64,000 nt of DNA from a virus. The stretch lies in the IMG/VR virus record IMGVR_UViG_3300036766_001333, positions 1-64,000 of that record. The stretch is one strand, 5' to 3'. Numbering within the stretch: position 1 is the stretch's first letter; every line of letters begins with the position of its first letter. Position numbers and translations under genes: made by a program. Below are positions 39,495-48,323 of this stretch, piece after piece. The notes under the pieces were generated by a model that was given only the letters and a program-made list of their open reading frames with translations, was not told the DNA's origin and ran no database searches.

Positions 39495-40486
39495 TTCAAT
39501 AAAAACTCCTCTATTGCATCATTTATGAATTTTTCACTTTTAACAACCCATGCCTTGATTATATCAGAGTTAAGTTTAATCAACATTTCATTCCAATCTT
39601 TAAATCCAAAGGGCGGACGTACATATGTAACTCTAATTCCACTACGTATTAATTTATCACTCATCTCTTTTAGGCCAAGCAATCCTGCCCTATCTTCATC
39701 TAAACTTAAACAAATTTGATATCCTTTTAGCATTTCTATTTGTCTTTCTGAGAGAATCTTGCCACCGCACGCAGCACTATTAAAGCCACACAATTTAAGA
39801 GTCAAAGCATCAAATTCACCTTCAGTCAAGTAAACTTTACTTCCAGCTTGTGGCCATGAAGGGAAATAAAGAACATCGCCCTTACCAACTCCTGTAGTTT
39901 TTTCTGGGCCAAAGTATCTTAATTTAGATTTCCCGATAGCTCTGCCATTAAAATAAATCAATTTTCCAGCTATGTCATAATAAGGGATAATTATTCTATC
40001 CCCATAATCGCCGGAAATACAATAATACAATCCATCAATAGGTAACTTCCTTCCCTGTAAATAATTTACAGGTTTACTTCTGATTTTTTCTTCTAAGTCA
40101 TTAATTAGAAAGGAGTTAAGAGGCAAGGCTAATCCGATTTCTTTTTTTTCAGATTCGGCTTTCTTAACAAAGAAGTCATCTAATTTTTCTTCTAATTCTC
40201 TCATGCATATAAATTCACCTGAAAGTACCCCTTTTGCTTCATGATAAGTGCAATTGTCTACCAGCATAATCAAACCTATCAAGGTTCCTTTTTTATCTGT
40301 TTTAAAACAGTGGTAACAACCTCCTTTCCTCTTATATTTACCCCCAGATGGAGAACACCACAGATGATGGCCTTTATCCTCTGCAAAGACAGAATTTATG
40401 CGGACTTCATCACCTTTTGCAAGAACATCGCCAAATTTATCTTTGGCCCAACGCAAAAAGGAATCATAAGAACAATCTTTAGACAT
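39491..40486 (-). CDS. DNA primase (Zn-binding plus Toprim)
   Basis: YHCFK, RIIIPYY...YFNGR, YLTEGEFDAL, LDEDRAG, KDWNEML. Confidence 0.9.
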   Translation of the reverse strand: MSKDCSYDSFLRWAKDKFGDVLAKGDEVRINSVFAEDKGHHLWCSPSGGKYKRKGGCYHCFKTDKKGTLIGLIMLVDNCTYHEAKGVLSGEFICMRELEEKLDDFFVKKAESEKKEIGLALPLNSFLINDLEEKIRSKPVNYLQGRKLPIDGLYYCISGDYGDRIIIPYYDIAGKLIYFNGRAIGKSKLRYFGPEKTTGVGKGDVLYFPSWPQAGSKVYLTEGEFDALTLKLCGFNSAACGGKILSERQIEMLKGYQICLSLDEDRAGLLGLKEMSDKLIRSGIRVTYVRPPFGFKDWNEMLIKLNSDIIKAWVVKSEKFINDAIEEFLLK

Positions 40487-40527
40487 TTAAGCCCATTTTA
40501 GAAAAATGTTATACAGATTACTACTCT

Positions 40528-40556
40528 ATAATAGCATAAAAAGGAAATAATATCAA
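40528..40556 (-). promoter_or_regulatory. sigma70-like promoter for primase
   Basis: Minus strand TTGATA-N17-TATTAT with extended -10 TG. Confidence 0.5.
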
Positions 40557-40711
40557 TGTTTAGGAATTATTCATTACTTTTCCAAGAGTATTCTACAAAA
40601 AACTAAAAGCAATAATATAGCTTCCACCTCAATTATACAAAATCCTCTATAGATTTTAAAGCTAACTTTCTATATGATATGTAAATTAAATTAAATAAGA
40701 AATGGGAAATA

Positions 40712-41473
40712 ATGGAAATAGAACATATTAGCGTAAGTAGGAAGTCGATTTTTGATTTATGTGAACAAAAATACAAATTCAGGTATCATGTAAAAGCAAT
40801 CTCAGATGGGCCTGAGCCTTTTTATTTTACTTATGGGAAAATTGTTCATAAGGTAGCACAAGTTTATGTTGAAAATAAAGGCAAAAATTCAATCAATAGT
40901 ATTGCCAAAGATGTATTAAGTGGTAAGATAGAGTTAGAGGATAACAGAAAAGCACCACCACTTGAAGACGAATATAAATCAAAATTTCCAAATCATTTAA
41001 GGAATGTTGTAAAGATTACTGATAAGCTAGGATTTGAAGGGGAAGTTGAATATCCTTTTAAATATGATCTTGATCCACCTAATGAAAGGTATGTCAAAGG
41101 AGTTATAGATCGTTTAATTATCAAAAATGACAAATATTGGATTTTAGATTACAAAACGACAAAAAAAGGAAAGTTTAGAAAATCGGCAAGAGATATAACT
41201 GAAGATATACAGTTAAGATGTTATGCAAAAGTAGTGCAAAAAGAGTTCGGAGCAAAAGCTGAAGATATAAAAACTGCACTTTATTACTTAGATGATAATG
41301 AAATGGTAGGAGCCTGCTTTGGACAATCTTCATTAGATCAAGCTGAACAAGAACTTCTGCAAGCTTATATGGTCATCAAAAGCACTGATCCAAGTAAAGT
41401 TTTTGGAAGAACTGGCGATCACTGCCGCAGATGTGAATATAAAAACCAATGTCCTTTTTACTCGTTAACATGA
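40712..41473 (+). CDS. Cas4/RecB-like PD-(D/E)XK exonuclease with four-Cys cluster
   Basis: S.S.....C, G..VH, GVIDRL, ILDYKT, QL..Y, C..C.Y...C. Confidence 0.85.
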   Translation: MEIEHISVSRKSIFDLCEQKYKFRYHVKAISDGPEPFYFTYGKIVHKVAQVYVENKGKNSINSIAKDVLSGKIELEDNRKAPPLEDEYKSKFPNHLRNVVKITDKLGFEGEVEYPFKYDLDPPNERYVKGVIDRLIIKNDKYWILDYKTTKKGKFRKSARDITEDIQLRCYAKVVQKEFGAKAEDIKTALYYLDDNEMVGACFGQSSLDQAEQELLQAYMVIKSTDPSKVFGRTGDHCRRCEYKNQCPFYSLT

Positions 41474-41940
41474 AAAGACTAACTATCTCACATAGCATAT
41501 ATCTGACCAGTGAACAGGTATATTCCCTTTATGAAGGGGGAGAAATTAGAGTTATAGGAGTCAATATACCGATATGGATTATAGAAAATAAAACAACGGA
41601 ACCAGCAAAAGAAGTGTTTGCAAAATATACAATAAGTAATCAAAATAAAGGAATTAGTATAAAATATAATGAAGAAGGATACGAGATAACGCTTCCAAAA
41701 CACCATATCCCAAAGGGACATCTAATTCTAAAGGAAGTATATAACTCTCTTTCCGAAGAAAATCAAATTAAATATCAAGAACCAAGATTATGTATTGAAA
41801 ATTTATTAGATATTCCAGACGGATCGGGATGGCTAGCTTTTAGACAATTTAATAATATTAAAGTAGAAGATAAACTAGCAGACTTAGTACATTATGTGGA
41901 AATTAAAAAAATGAATGATTTATTAGAAAGTCTTTGTTAA
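41470..41940 (+). CDS. hypothetical protein
   Basis: ATGA overlap with the nuclease stop. Confidence 0.6.
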   Translation: MKRLTISHSIYLTSEQVYSLYEGGEIRVIGVNIPIWIIENKTTEPAKEVFAKYTISNQNKGISIKYNEEGYEITLPKHHIPKGHLILKEVYNSLSEENQIKYQEPRLCIENLLDIPDGSGWLAFRQFNNIKVEDKLADLVHYVEIKKMNDLLESLC

Positions 41941-41957
41941 CTGCTAAATATAGCAGA

Positions 41958-42788
41958 ATGAATTTCTATCAGTTAAATTTATTTATAGAAGAAAATCCAA
42001 TTCAGGATACGCCATCTCAAACAAATGTTGATGTAAATTTCAGACAATTGAGAAAACAAGGGATATTACATGCCAAAGACCCTTTAAATAAATATAAAAT
42101 AAATCAAGATATAGAAGAAGGAATAAATGTAGTTTGGATTACTGGAATGTATTCTGGAATGTGGCCTGGAACTGGAAAATATGGACCATTACTAAAATCA
42201 CTAGGGTATAATATTAAAGTAATAAAAACGGCTGCTGACCCCGTGGCTGCTGCGACCGGGAGAATATCAAATACTATTGATTGGGAGCCACTTACAAGAG
42301 CAAGTCAATATTTTGCATCTAGAATAGTCAACAGAAATCAAGATAAAGTAGGAAAAGAATTAGGTGGAGTAATTCCAGATTTAATTGTAGGAAGCAGTCA
42401 AGGAGGGGCAATTGCATTATCTTTAGCACCTAATTTTCCAGAAATTCCCATGATATTAGTAGCTCCAGCATGGAAAATTTTTCATATTAAGCCAACATAT
42501 CTCAACCCAAAATCAATTATCATTCATGGCAAAAGAGACGTTTCCGTTCCAACTAATGATAGCTTAGAGTTAGCCGAAATAACTGGTTTATCCCCTAGCA
42601 GAATCATACTAACTAACGATGGTCATATTATATCAAATGGTTTTTCTAGAATAATTGAAGCAATTTTTAATCTTACTAAAAACTTATTACATCAAAAAAA
42701 AGTAAATGCAAAAAGAAGATATGCTTTAGAAAATAAAGAAATATCAATTCATGTGCCGAAATTTAATTTTTATATGTTTGAAGCCTAA
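41958..42788 (+). CDS. alpha/beta hydrolase
   Basis: VGSSQGG nucleophile elbow, LVAPA, IIHG.RD..VP, DGH. Confidence 0.85.
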   Translation: MNFYQLNLFIEENPIQDTPSQTNVDVNFRQLRKQGILHAKDPLNKYKINQDIEEGINVVWITGMYSGMWPGTGKYGPLLKSLGYNIKVIKTAADPVAAATGRISNTIDWEPLTRASQYFASRIVNRNQDKVGKELGGVIPDLIVGSSQGGAIALSLAPNFPEIPMILVAPAWKIFHIKPTYLNPKSIIIHGKRDVSVPTNDSLELAEITGLSPSRIILTNDGHIISNGFSRIIEAIFNLTKNLLHQKKVNAKRRYALENKEISIHVPKFNFYMFEA

Positions 42789-42800
42789 TAAATAATTATT

Positions 42801-43607
42801 ATGTTGAGATTTAAAGAATATTTAGCTATTGAAGAAGTTAGTGAAAACTTATTTGAATCCGACAGAGAAGGGATTCGTATCAAAGGAATTTGGAAGCCCT
42901 CAGAAGAACCAATGCAAAAACCTCCTTTTCAACCTGGAGTTATCGACAAGGCCGCAGATATTATAATTAACCCTATATCCAGTGCTTTTTATGAAACAGG
43001 CAAATTATATAAAGGATTATTTAACACAGCAATAAAAATGGTGTTTAGAGGTATAGGCGAAGTCTCAAAACCTTTAATAAATCCAGTTGTTGCAGCCATA
43101 GGCGGAGCTTTAAAGATAGTTTTCGATCCGGCAACAAGGTTAATCCAAACACAAGCAAACTTTGCTCATACTACAGGCACAGATGAAATGATGCAAATTG
43201 AAAATGAAATTAAATCTAGATTTCCTAATAATCCACAATTACAACAATCAATTATGAGAAGTATTTCCAATAACTTAAAACAAATACAATCTCAAATTCA
43301 ACAAGTTCAAAGTTCGACAAAAAATAATCCAGCATTAAATAACATCAAAAATACAATAATTCAACATTTAAATGCTACTTGGAAGGCTTTTGCAAATGAA
43401 ATTAAAAATTATCCAATGGCTATTGCAAATGCCTTTACTCATAGCTTTAAATCGGAAGATTTCCATTCAAGAAGGATTCCTCAAGAATTTCAAACACAAA
43501 TAGAATTTTTAGCTAGACAAATTAAAAATCCAGATAAACAACGTCAGTTTTTACAATCTATGATTGAATTAGCAAACAGAATAATTCACGAAATTCCCAA
43601 TAATTAA
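42801..43607 (+). CDS. hypothetical helical protein, possible internal head protein
   Basis: Leader MLRFKEYLAIEE; TAAATA upstream. Confidence 0.6.
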   Translation: MLRFKEYLAIEEVSENLFESDREGIRIKGIWKPSEEPMQKPPFQPGVIDKAADIIINPISSAFYETGKLYKGLFNTAIKMVFRGIGEVSKPLINPVVAAIGGALKIVFDPATRLIQTQANFAHTTGTDEMMQIENEIKSRFPNNPQLQQSIMRSISNNLKQIQSQIQQVQSSTKNNPALNNIKNTIIQHLNATWKAFANEIKNYPMAIANAFTHSFKSEDFHSRRIPQEFQTQIEFLARQIKNPDKQRQFLQSMIELANRIIHEIPNN

Positions 43608-44350
43608 ACATATTTTATTTTTTTAATTCTAAATTTTTCTGGATTGTCATCACCCATCCACCCAAAACCATATCTGTCTCTTGAATTGTAATAATCCCAA
43701 AATCCTTGTCCTAAATTCATTTTTGCAACCATTGTTCTCCACTGACGATCAGCAGTTCCCCTATTATAAGCAGTAGCTTTTGGGTGCGCACATCTTATCC
43801 CATAATCTCTTGCAACAATTTTACCCTCTAATGCACAATAATATGCTGCTATTACCTCAATACCCCAGCCAAATAAATTGATGTTTAAATCCATTGGCCC
43901 AACTTTGTTAGAAATACTTGTTGATAAGCTCCAAATAGTACTATCAGTTGCAGGAACTTTTTTAACCCCGTCTCCCAAATCTTCTAACATATATGGATTA
44001 TAAGTCCAAGGTGTCCAATGAAAGTTAGGAGCATATATGCCTGCTTTATCACCATGTTTTTTATAAAAGTCTGTTAATCGAACCATCAATCTATTGTAAT
44101 CGAAAATAGTCACATCAGAGTTAATTAGTAAAATAACATCAGCATCGGATAATTCAAGAGCTTTATTCCAAAGACCAGAATAATAAATATTACCATATTT
44201 TTTAATTCTATCTGTTTCTTCAAATTCAGGATCATCTTTATGATGACAATTTAATAAAAATGTATCAGCCCCAATGTTAGTTAAATTTTCATATAAATCA
44301 TATGCTTTTCTAAAAATAGCATAATTAAAAATAAAAACTTGGATTCGCAT
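43604..44350 (-). CDS. glycosyltransferase (GT-A / GT2-like)
   Basis: YYSGLWNKAL, LLINSDV, GIYAP, GWGIE. Confidence 0.65.
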   Translation of the reverse strand: MRIQVFIFNYAIFRKAYDLYENLTNIGADTFLLNCHHKDDPEFEETDRIKKYGNIYYSGLWNKALELSDADVILLINSDVTIFDYNRLMVRLTDFYKKHGDKAGIYAPNFHWTPWTYNPYMLEDLGDGVKKVPATDSTIWSLSTSISNKVGPMDLNINLFGWGIEVIAAYYCALEGKIVARDYGIRCAHPKATAYNRGTADRQWRTMVAKMNLGQGFWDYYNSRDRYGFGWMGDDNPEKFRIKKIKYV

Positions 44351-44352
44351 AA

Positions 44353-44360
44353 TATAAATA
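44353..44360 (+). promoter_or_regulatory. T4-type late promoter
   Basis: Exact TATAAATA consensus. Confidence 0.7.
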
Positions 44361-44364
44361 TAGT

Positions 44365-44523
44365 ATGAATCTAAAGCTCTCTTTTAAAAAATGGCTAGAA
44401 GCTTCAGGAGCCGAAAGGATTAATCCAGATCAAACTCCAGACCCCGATAGTCTAGGTAAATTTAGATTGGACTTAACTCCTCTGCCTGGAAATAAAAAAG
44501 GTATGAAAAAAACCAAAAATTAA
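44365..44523 (+). CDS. small basic protein (52 aa, not in ORF track)
   Basis: Hand translation MNLKLSFKKWLEASGAERINPDQTPDPDSLGKFRLDLTPLPGNKKGMKKTKN; perfect TATAAATA 4 nt upstream. Confidence 0.65.
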   Translation: MNLKLSFKKWLEASGAERINPDQTPDPDSLGKFRLDLTPLPGNKKGMKKTKN

Positions 44524-45074
44524 CAATTCCCTTTCCCTGTATTCTTGTTTCTAAATTTCCTAACCCTTTGGTTTTTAGTTTTAATGACCTCTTGTCCTCC
44601 AGTTTTAAGGTCATTAGTCCCTTGACCTTCAGTTTTAACAATGCCTTGTCCTTCAGTTTTAAGGTCTTTAGTGCCTTGCCCTTCAGTTTTAGTAGGGGTT
44701 TGCCCTTCAGTTTTAAGGTCTTTAGTACCTTGCCCTTCAGTTTTAGTAGGGGTTTGACTAACATTCAATTCTTTATCTTGTCCTCCTAATTTAAGTTCAT
44801 TTGTAGATTGACCTTGAACTTTACCTGGAGTTCGAGCAGCACTTAAATCTTTAGTGTTTTGTCCTTTAATCTTTGAAGTTTTAGTCCCTTGTCCTTCAGA
44901 AATTATAGATGTTTGATTACTTATACAATGTGGAAGTGAAGCGGTATTTAGTGGTGGCGCAGTGCTTCTAAGCTCTGCAAAGGCAGAAGCATTGAAATGT
45001 TCATTTATCTTTGCAGAGCCATCAAATATTGGAATCGTCTGCAAATTCTGCATCCTTAACTGAATTAATGGCAT
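44520..45074 (-). CDS. KTEGQG repeat protein
   Basis: Repeated [KE]GQGTK.LKT units. Confidence 0.6.
   Translation of the reverse strand: MPLIQLRMQNLQTIPIFDGSAKINEHFNASAFAELRSTAPPLNTASLPHCISNQTSIISEGQGTKTSKIKGQNTKDLSAARTPGKVQGQSTNELKLGGQDKELNVSQTPTKTEGQGTKDLKTEGQTPTKTEGQGTKDLKTEGQGIVKTEGQGTNDLKTGGQEVIKTKNQRVRKFRNKNTGKGNC
44570..44900 (-). repeat. coding tandem repeats (aaaactgaagggcaa core)
   Basis: Multiple near-identical ccttcagtttta units on the + strand. Confidence 0.85.
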
Positions 45075-45092
45075 AAACTCTTCAAGTATATA

Positions 45093-45260
45093 TCAATATC
45101 TGAAATGGTTTAGTGAATTGCCCTACCCTAAAAGTAGATGGCTTCGTATATCATCCTTAACCAACTGAAAGTTCAATCGGGTTTCCTAAGTCCATACGCT
45201 TTAATTCCCGTAATTCCTACGGTACTCATTCCTTGTTTCAATATCATTCTAGATGCATTG
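45093..45260 (-). ncRNA. putative TnpB omegaRNA (reRNA) including about 20-nt guide
   Basis: Minus strand gaagccatctacttttagggtagggcaattcac: IS200/IS605 right-end hairpin ending TCAC at 45113. Guide inferred from the flank; 5' boundary approximate. Confidence 0.55.
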
Positions 45261-46345
45261 TAATCACGGTCATGTACTTTACCACAAACGCATGTCCAAG
45301 TGCGATCTTTAAGTTTTAGATTTTGATTTATCCATCCACAATCCTCACAAGTTTTACTAGATGGAAACCAACGATCTACCCTTCCTATAATGCGTCCGTA
45401 CCAATTAGATTTATATTCTAATTGACGATTAGTTTCATAGAAGGCGGCATCTTGTATCGCTCCTGCTAGACAATGATTTTTCATCATGTTCTGCACTGCC
45501 AAATCTTCAAGAATTATTACTTGATTTTCGTTAATAATCTTTCTGGTTATTTGGTGCAGATGGTTTGTTCTGATATTCTTGATTTTCTGATGTATCTTTG
45601 TTAATTTTTTTCTTATTTTTTCTCTATTTTTGCTCCCTTTCTTTTTCCTGCAAAAATTTCTCTGGAGACGTTTCATCTTTCTCTGTAAAGTTTTATATGG
45701 TTTGATATTTTCATACTTTGTGCCATCTGAACACGTTGCGAGTGTTTTTATCCCTAAATCTATACCTACTGCTTTATCGGTTTTTGGCAACTCTGGAATT
45801 TCTCTTTCTACAGTAATACTAACATAATATTCTCCACTTTTATTTTTGCTAACCGTAGCAAATTTGATTTCTCCTTCAATATTACGGTGTTTGACCATTG
45901 TGATGCCTTCAAGAAACTTCGGAATATAAAGTTTATAATCGTCTACCTTGACCGATTGTGGTACTCGAAACGATTGGTATGAGTGTTTGGACTTATATTT
46001 AGGAAACCTAGCCCTACCTGCGAAGAAATTGTTATATGCACCATCCAAACACTTCAGAGAATACTGTAAACTCTGACTACCAACTTCTTTTAGCCACACC
46101 AAAGACTTCTTCAATTCTGTTAATTCCTTAGCATTGTCATAGTAATTGAGACTGGTCTTGTCGGCAAGGTAGGCATTTTTTCTTCTGGTCAAAAAGTAAT
46201 TATAGAGATATCGTGTCGCTCCAAAGTGTTTAGCTAATAAAATACATTGGGCTTCTGTAGGATAAAGTCTAAAACGGTAAGAGCACATGAACATTCTTAT
46301 GCTAGTTTCCATTCTAGTATAATATAGTATACTAATAAGTTTTTT
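45113..46345 (-). mobile_element. non-autonomous IS1341-like element (tnpB only)
   Basis: tnpB plus right end; no tnpA; left end not clearly defined. Confidence 0.65.
45173..46312 (-). CDS. tnpB: RNA-guided endonuclease TnpB (IS200/IS605 family)
   Basis: YRFRLYPT HTH, GIDLGI (RuvC-I), ILEDL (RuvC-II), PSSKTC..C...C.C, HDRDYNA (RuvC-III). Confidence 0.95.
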   Translation of the reverse strand: METSIRMFMCSYRFRLYPTEAQCILLAKHFGATRYLYNYFLTRRKNAYLADKTSLNYYDNAKELTELKKSLVWLKEVGSQSLQYSLKCLDGAYNNFFAGRARFPKYKSKHSYQSFRVPQSVKVDDYKLYIPKFLEGITMVKHRNIEGEIKFATVSKNKSGEYYVSITVEREIPELPKTDKAVGIDLGIKTLATCSDGTKYENIKPYKTLQRKMKRLQRNFCRKKKGSKNREKIRKKLTKIHQKIKNIRTNHLHQITRKIINENQVIILEDLAVQNMMKNHCLAGAIQDAAFYETNRQLEYKSNWYGRIIGRVDRWFPSSKTCEDCGWINQNLKLKDRTWTCVCGKVHDRDYNASRMILKQGMSTVGITGIKAYGLRKPD

Positions 46346-46371
46346 TGCTGTATATGATAAATACAATAGTT

Positions 46372-46938
46372 ATGAGCGAAACATTTACAGAGCTAAATCC
46401 TGGTAGTGGCGGTGACGTATTTGATGAAGAACTGGTTTCCGGGTTCCCTGTCGCTCCAATAGACAGAAAAAGAGAAAGAGTTCAAATAGCTGGAGCCACA
46501 AGATTTGAAATAGCTCGTGTAATTAATACTAATCCAACTGGCACCGAATATGCAGTTGTAACACGAAATATAGCTTCTGGCATTCAATCAATTTCTTTGC
46601 CTGGTACTCCCGTAGTAGAATTTGGAACAATAGCTTTAGTTCCAGCTTCAACGGAGACTACCGTAGTTTCTTATGTTGTTCCGGCCCTTAAAGTATTTTA
46701 TGGCATGGGATTTATTGCATCTGGCGACGTAGATGGCAGATATGTTTTTTATATAAATGCAACAGCAAAGATTGCAGCGAGATCATCAGTAGCAGAACCT
46801 ACTGCAAACATTGATTTTAAATTTGTCTCACCAATAGCAGTGGCAGGACAAACAATAACTATAAAAGCAACCCACTATGCTACAGGAATTTTAGCAGAAT
46901 TTGAAGCTACTATTTTAGGTTACTTAATAGATGTTTAG
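46372..46938 (+). CDS. putative virion structural protein
   Basis: TAAATA box upstream; beta-rich A/T/V/I composition. Confidence 0.55.
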   Translation: MSETFTELNPGSGGDVFDEELVSGFPVAPIDRKRERVQIAGATRFEIARVINTNPTGTEYAVVTRNIASGIQSISLPGTPVVEFGTIALVPASTETTVVSYVVPALKVFYGMGFIASGDVDGRYVFYINATAKIAARSSVAEPTANIDFKFVSPIAVAGQTITIKATHYATGILAEFEATILGYLIDV

Positions 46939-46977
46939 ACTTGATTTAAAAGTGAAAATGAAGTACAAGATTAGATT

Positions 46978-47895
46978 ATGGCTTATCGTATTCTAAGCAT
47001 TGATGGCGGAGGAATTTATGGTGCAATTTCAGCCACATTAATAGAAAGAATTCATAAAAAATACCCAAATTTCTTAAACAGTGTAGATTTATACGCAGGA
47101 ACTTCTATTGGTGGCGTAATTTCTCTTTTAATTGCAAACGATTTTCACCCTAATGAAATCAAACAATTCTTTCTGAGATATCCACCAATTATTTTTGAAA
47201 ATAATTTCTTAAGAAGAATATTAAATTATTTTGGCATCACGGCAAAATACTCTAACAGAAATTTAACTTATGTGCTTTCTAAATATTTTGGTGATAAAAC
47301 GTTAGGCAATTTACACAAAAAAGTTTTAATTCCTGCTTTTGCAATAAATTGTTGTGCAGGGCCGTCACAATGGCGAGCAAAAATATATCACAATTTTGAA
47401 GGATCGGATTCAGATAAAAATGAGAGCATAGCAAAAGTTGCATTAAGAACCACTGCTGCTCCTGTGTATTTCCCAATATTTGAAAACTATATTGATGGCA
47501 CTCTAGTAGAAAATAATCCATCAATGTGTGCGATTGCTCAAACTCAAGATAATCGTGCCATAATAAATCCTCGGCCTGCCTTGAAAGATATAAAGTTAAT
47601 TTCAATTGGAAGAGAACAAACGAACCATTATATCCAAGGGAAAAATTTAGACTATGGTTTCTTAAGATGGGTGAAGCCATTAGTTCAGATGACTTTAGAT
47701 AGGGATTGTAGAGTTGTACATTATCAAGTTGAAAAAATATTAGAAGAAAATAATTATTACAGACTTGCGCCAGTCCTTTCTCCAACCTTAGATAAAGGAA
47801 TTGATAATTGGAGAAAAACAAATAGTATAATAAATGTTGCAAATCAATTTAATTTGGATGATGCATTCCAGTGGATTGAAAAAAATTGGTACTAA
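46978..47895 (+). CDS. patatin-like phospholipase
   Basis: ILSIDGGGIYG, AGTSIGG, TAAPVYF, YIDG..VENNP. Confidence 0.92.
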   Translation: MAYRILSIDGGGIYGAISATLIERIHKKYPNFLNSVDLYAGTSIGGVISLLIANDFHPNEIKQFFLRYPPIIFENNFLRRILNYFGITAKYSNRNLTYVLSKYFGDKTLGNLHKKVLIPAFAINCCAGPSQWRAKIYHNFEGSDSDKNESIAKVALRTTAAPVYFPIFENYIDGTLVENNPSMCAIAQTQDNRAIINPRPALKDIKLISIGREQTNHYIQGKNLDYGFLRWVKPLVQMTLDRDCRVVHYQVEKILEENNYYRLAPVLSPTLDKGIDNWRKTNSIINVANQFNLDDAFQWIEKNWY

Positions 47896-48323
47896 CAACC
47901 ATCTGGCTTAATTTGAATTTGATTAGGTTGAAATCTTACAATGTACCCAGCTAACGCCGGAATTGGTACTAATAAAGCCCCAAAAAATAACATGTTGCCT
48001 TCACCATAATTACCATCATCTATAATGGCAATGTCAGTAATTGTTCCCCAAGTTTTTTTTGCCATAGGGAAAGAAATAAAATTTTTATTAGTTACAAGCC
48101 CTGCTAATCCTAAATTCCAATTAATATCACCGGGATTTATTACTTGCCTGGAATAATTATTTCCAGGCTCATTTAAAACTTCTGGTATTGTAGCTCCAGT
48201 GTTACTTTTATTAGGGGATGAAGTGCATAAAGCAATAGCTATATTATTTGGTTTCGGCAAATGACCGTGTTCAAAAATATGAGACATTACCTGATTTTCT
48301 AAATAACTACTCATTCCAGACAT
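47892..48323 (-). CDS. small tail-associated structural protein
   Basis: MSSYLE...IAL.T..P...EV....YSRQ...I.FP.A...WGTI..AI.D...GNMLF.G.L pattern seen in phage tail proteins. Confidence 0.6.
   Translation of the reverse strand: MSGMSSYLENQVMSHIFEHGHLPKPNNIAIALCTSSPNKSNTGATIPEVLNEPGNNYSRQVINPGDINWNLGLAGLVTNKNFISFPMAKKTWGTITDIAIIDDGNYGEGNMLFFGALLVPIPALAGYIVRFQPNQIQIKPDGC

Noticed and set aside
40487-40711. CRISPR array next to the Cas4-like gene
   Set aside because: No repeat-spacer periodicity in the gap or elsewhere; every tandem repeat found is in-frame coding
44462-44789. LKLKGK and FSFK repeat ORFs
   Set aside because: Alternate-frame and antisense readings of the KTEGQG repeat
46978-47895. 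CBASS system (CapV-like patatin)
   Set aside because: No CD-NTase nearby; the CCA enzyme is a class II tRNA nucleotidyltransferase over 40 kb away
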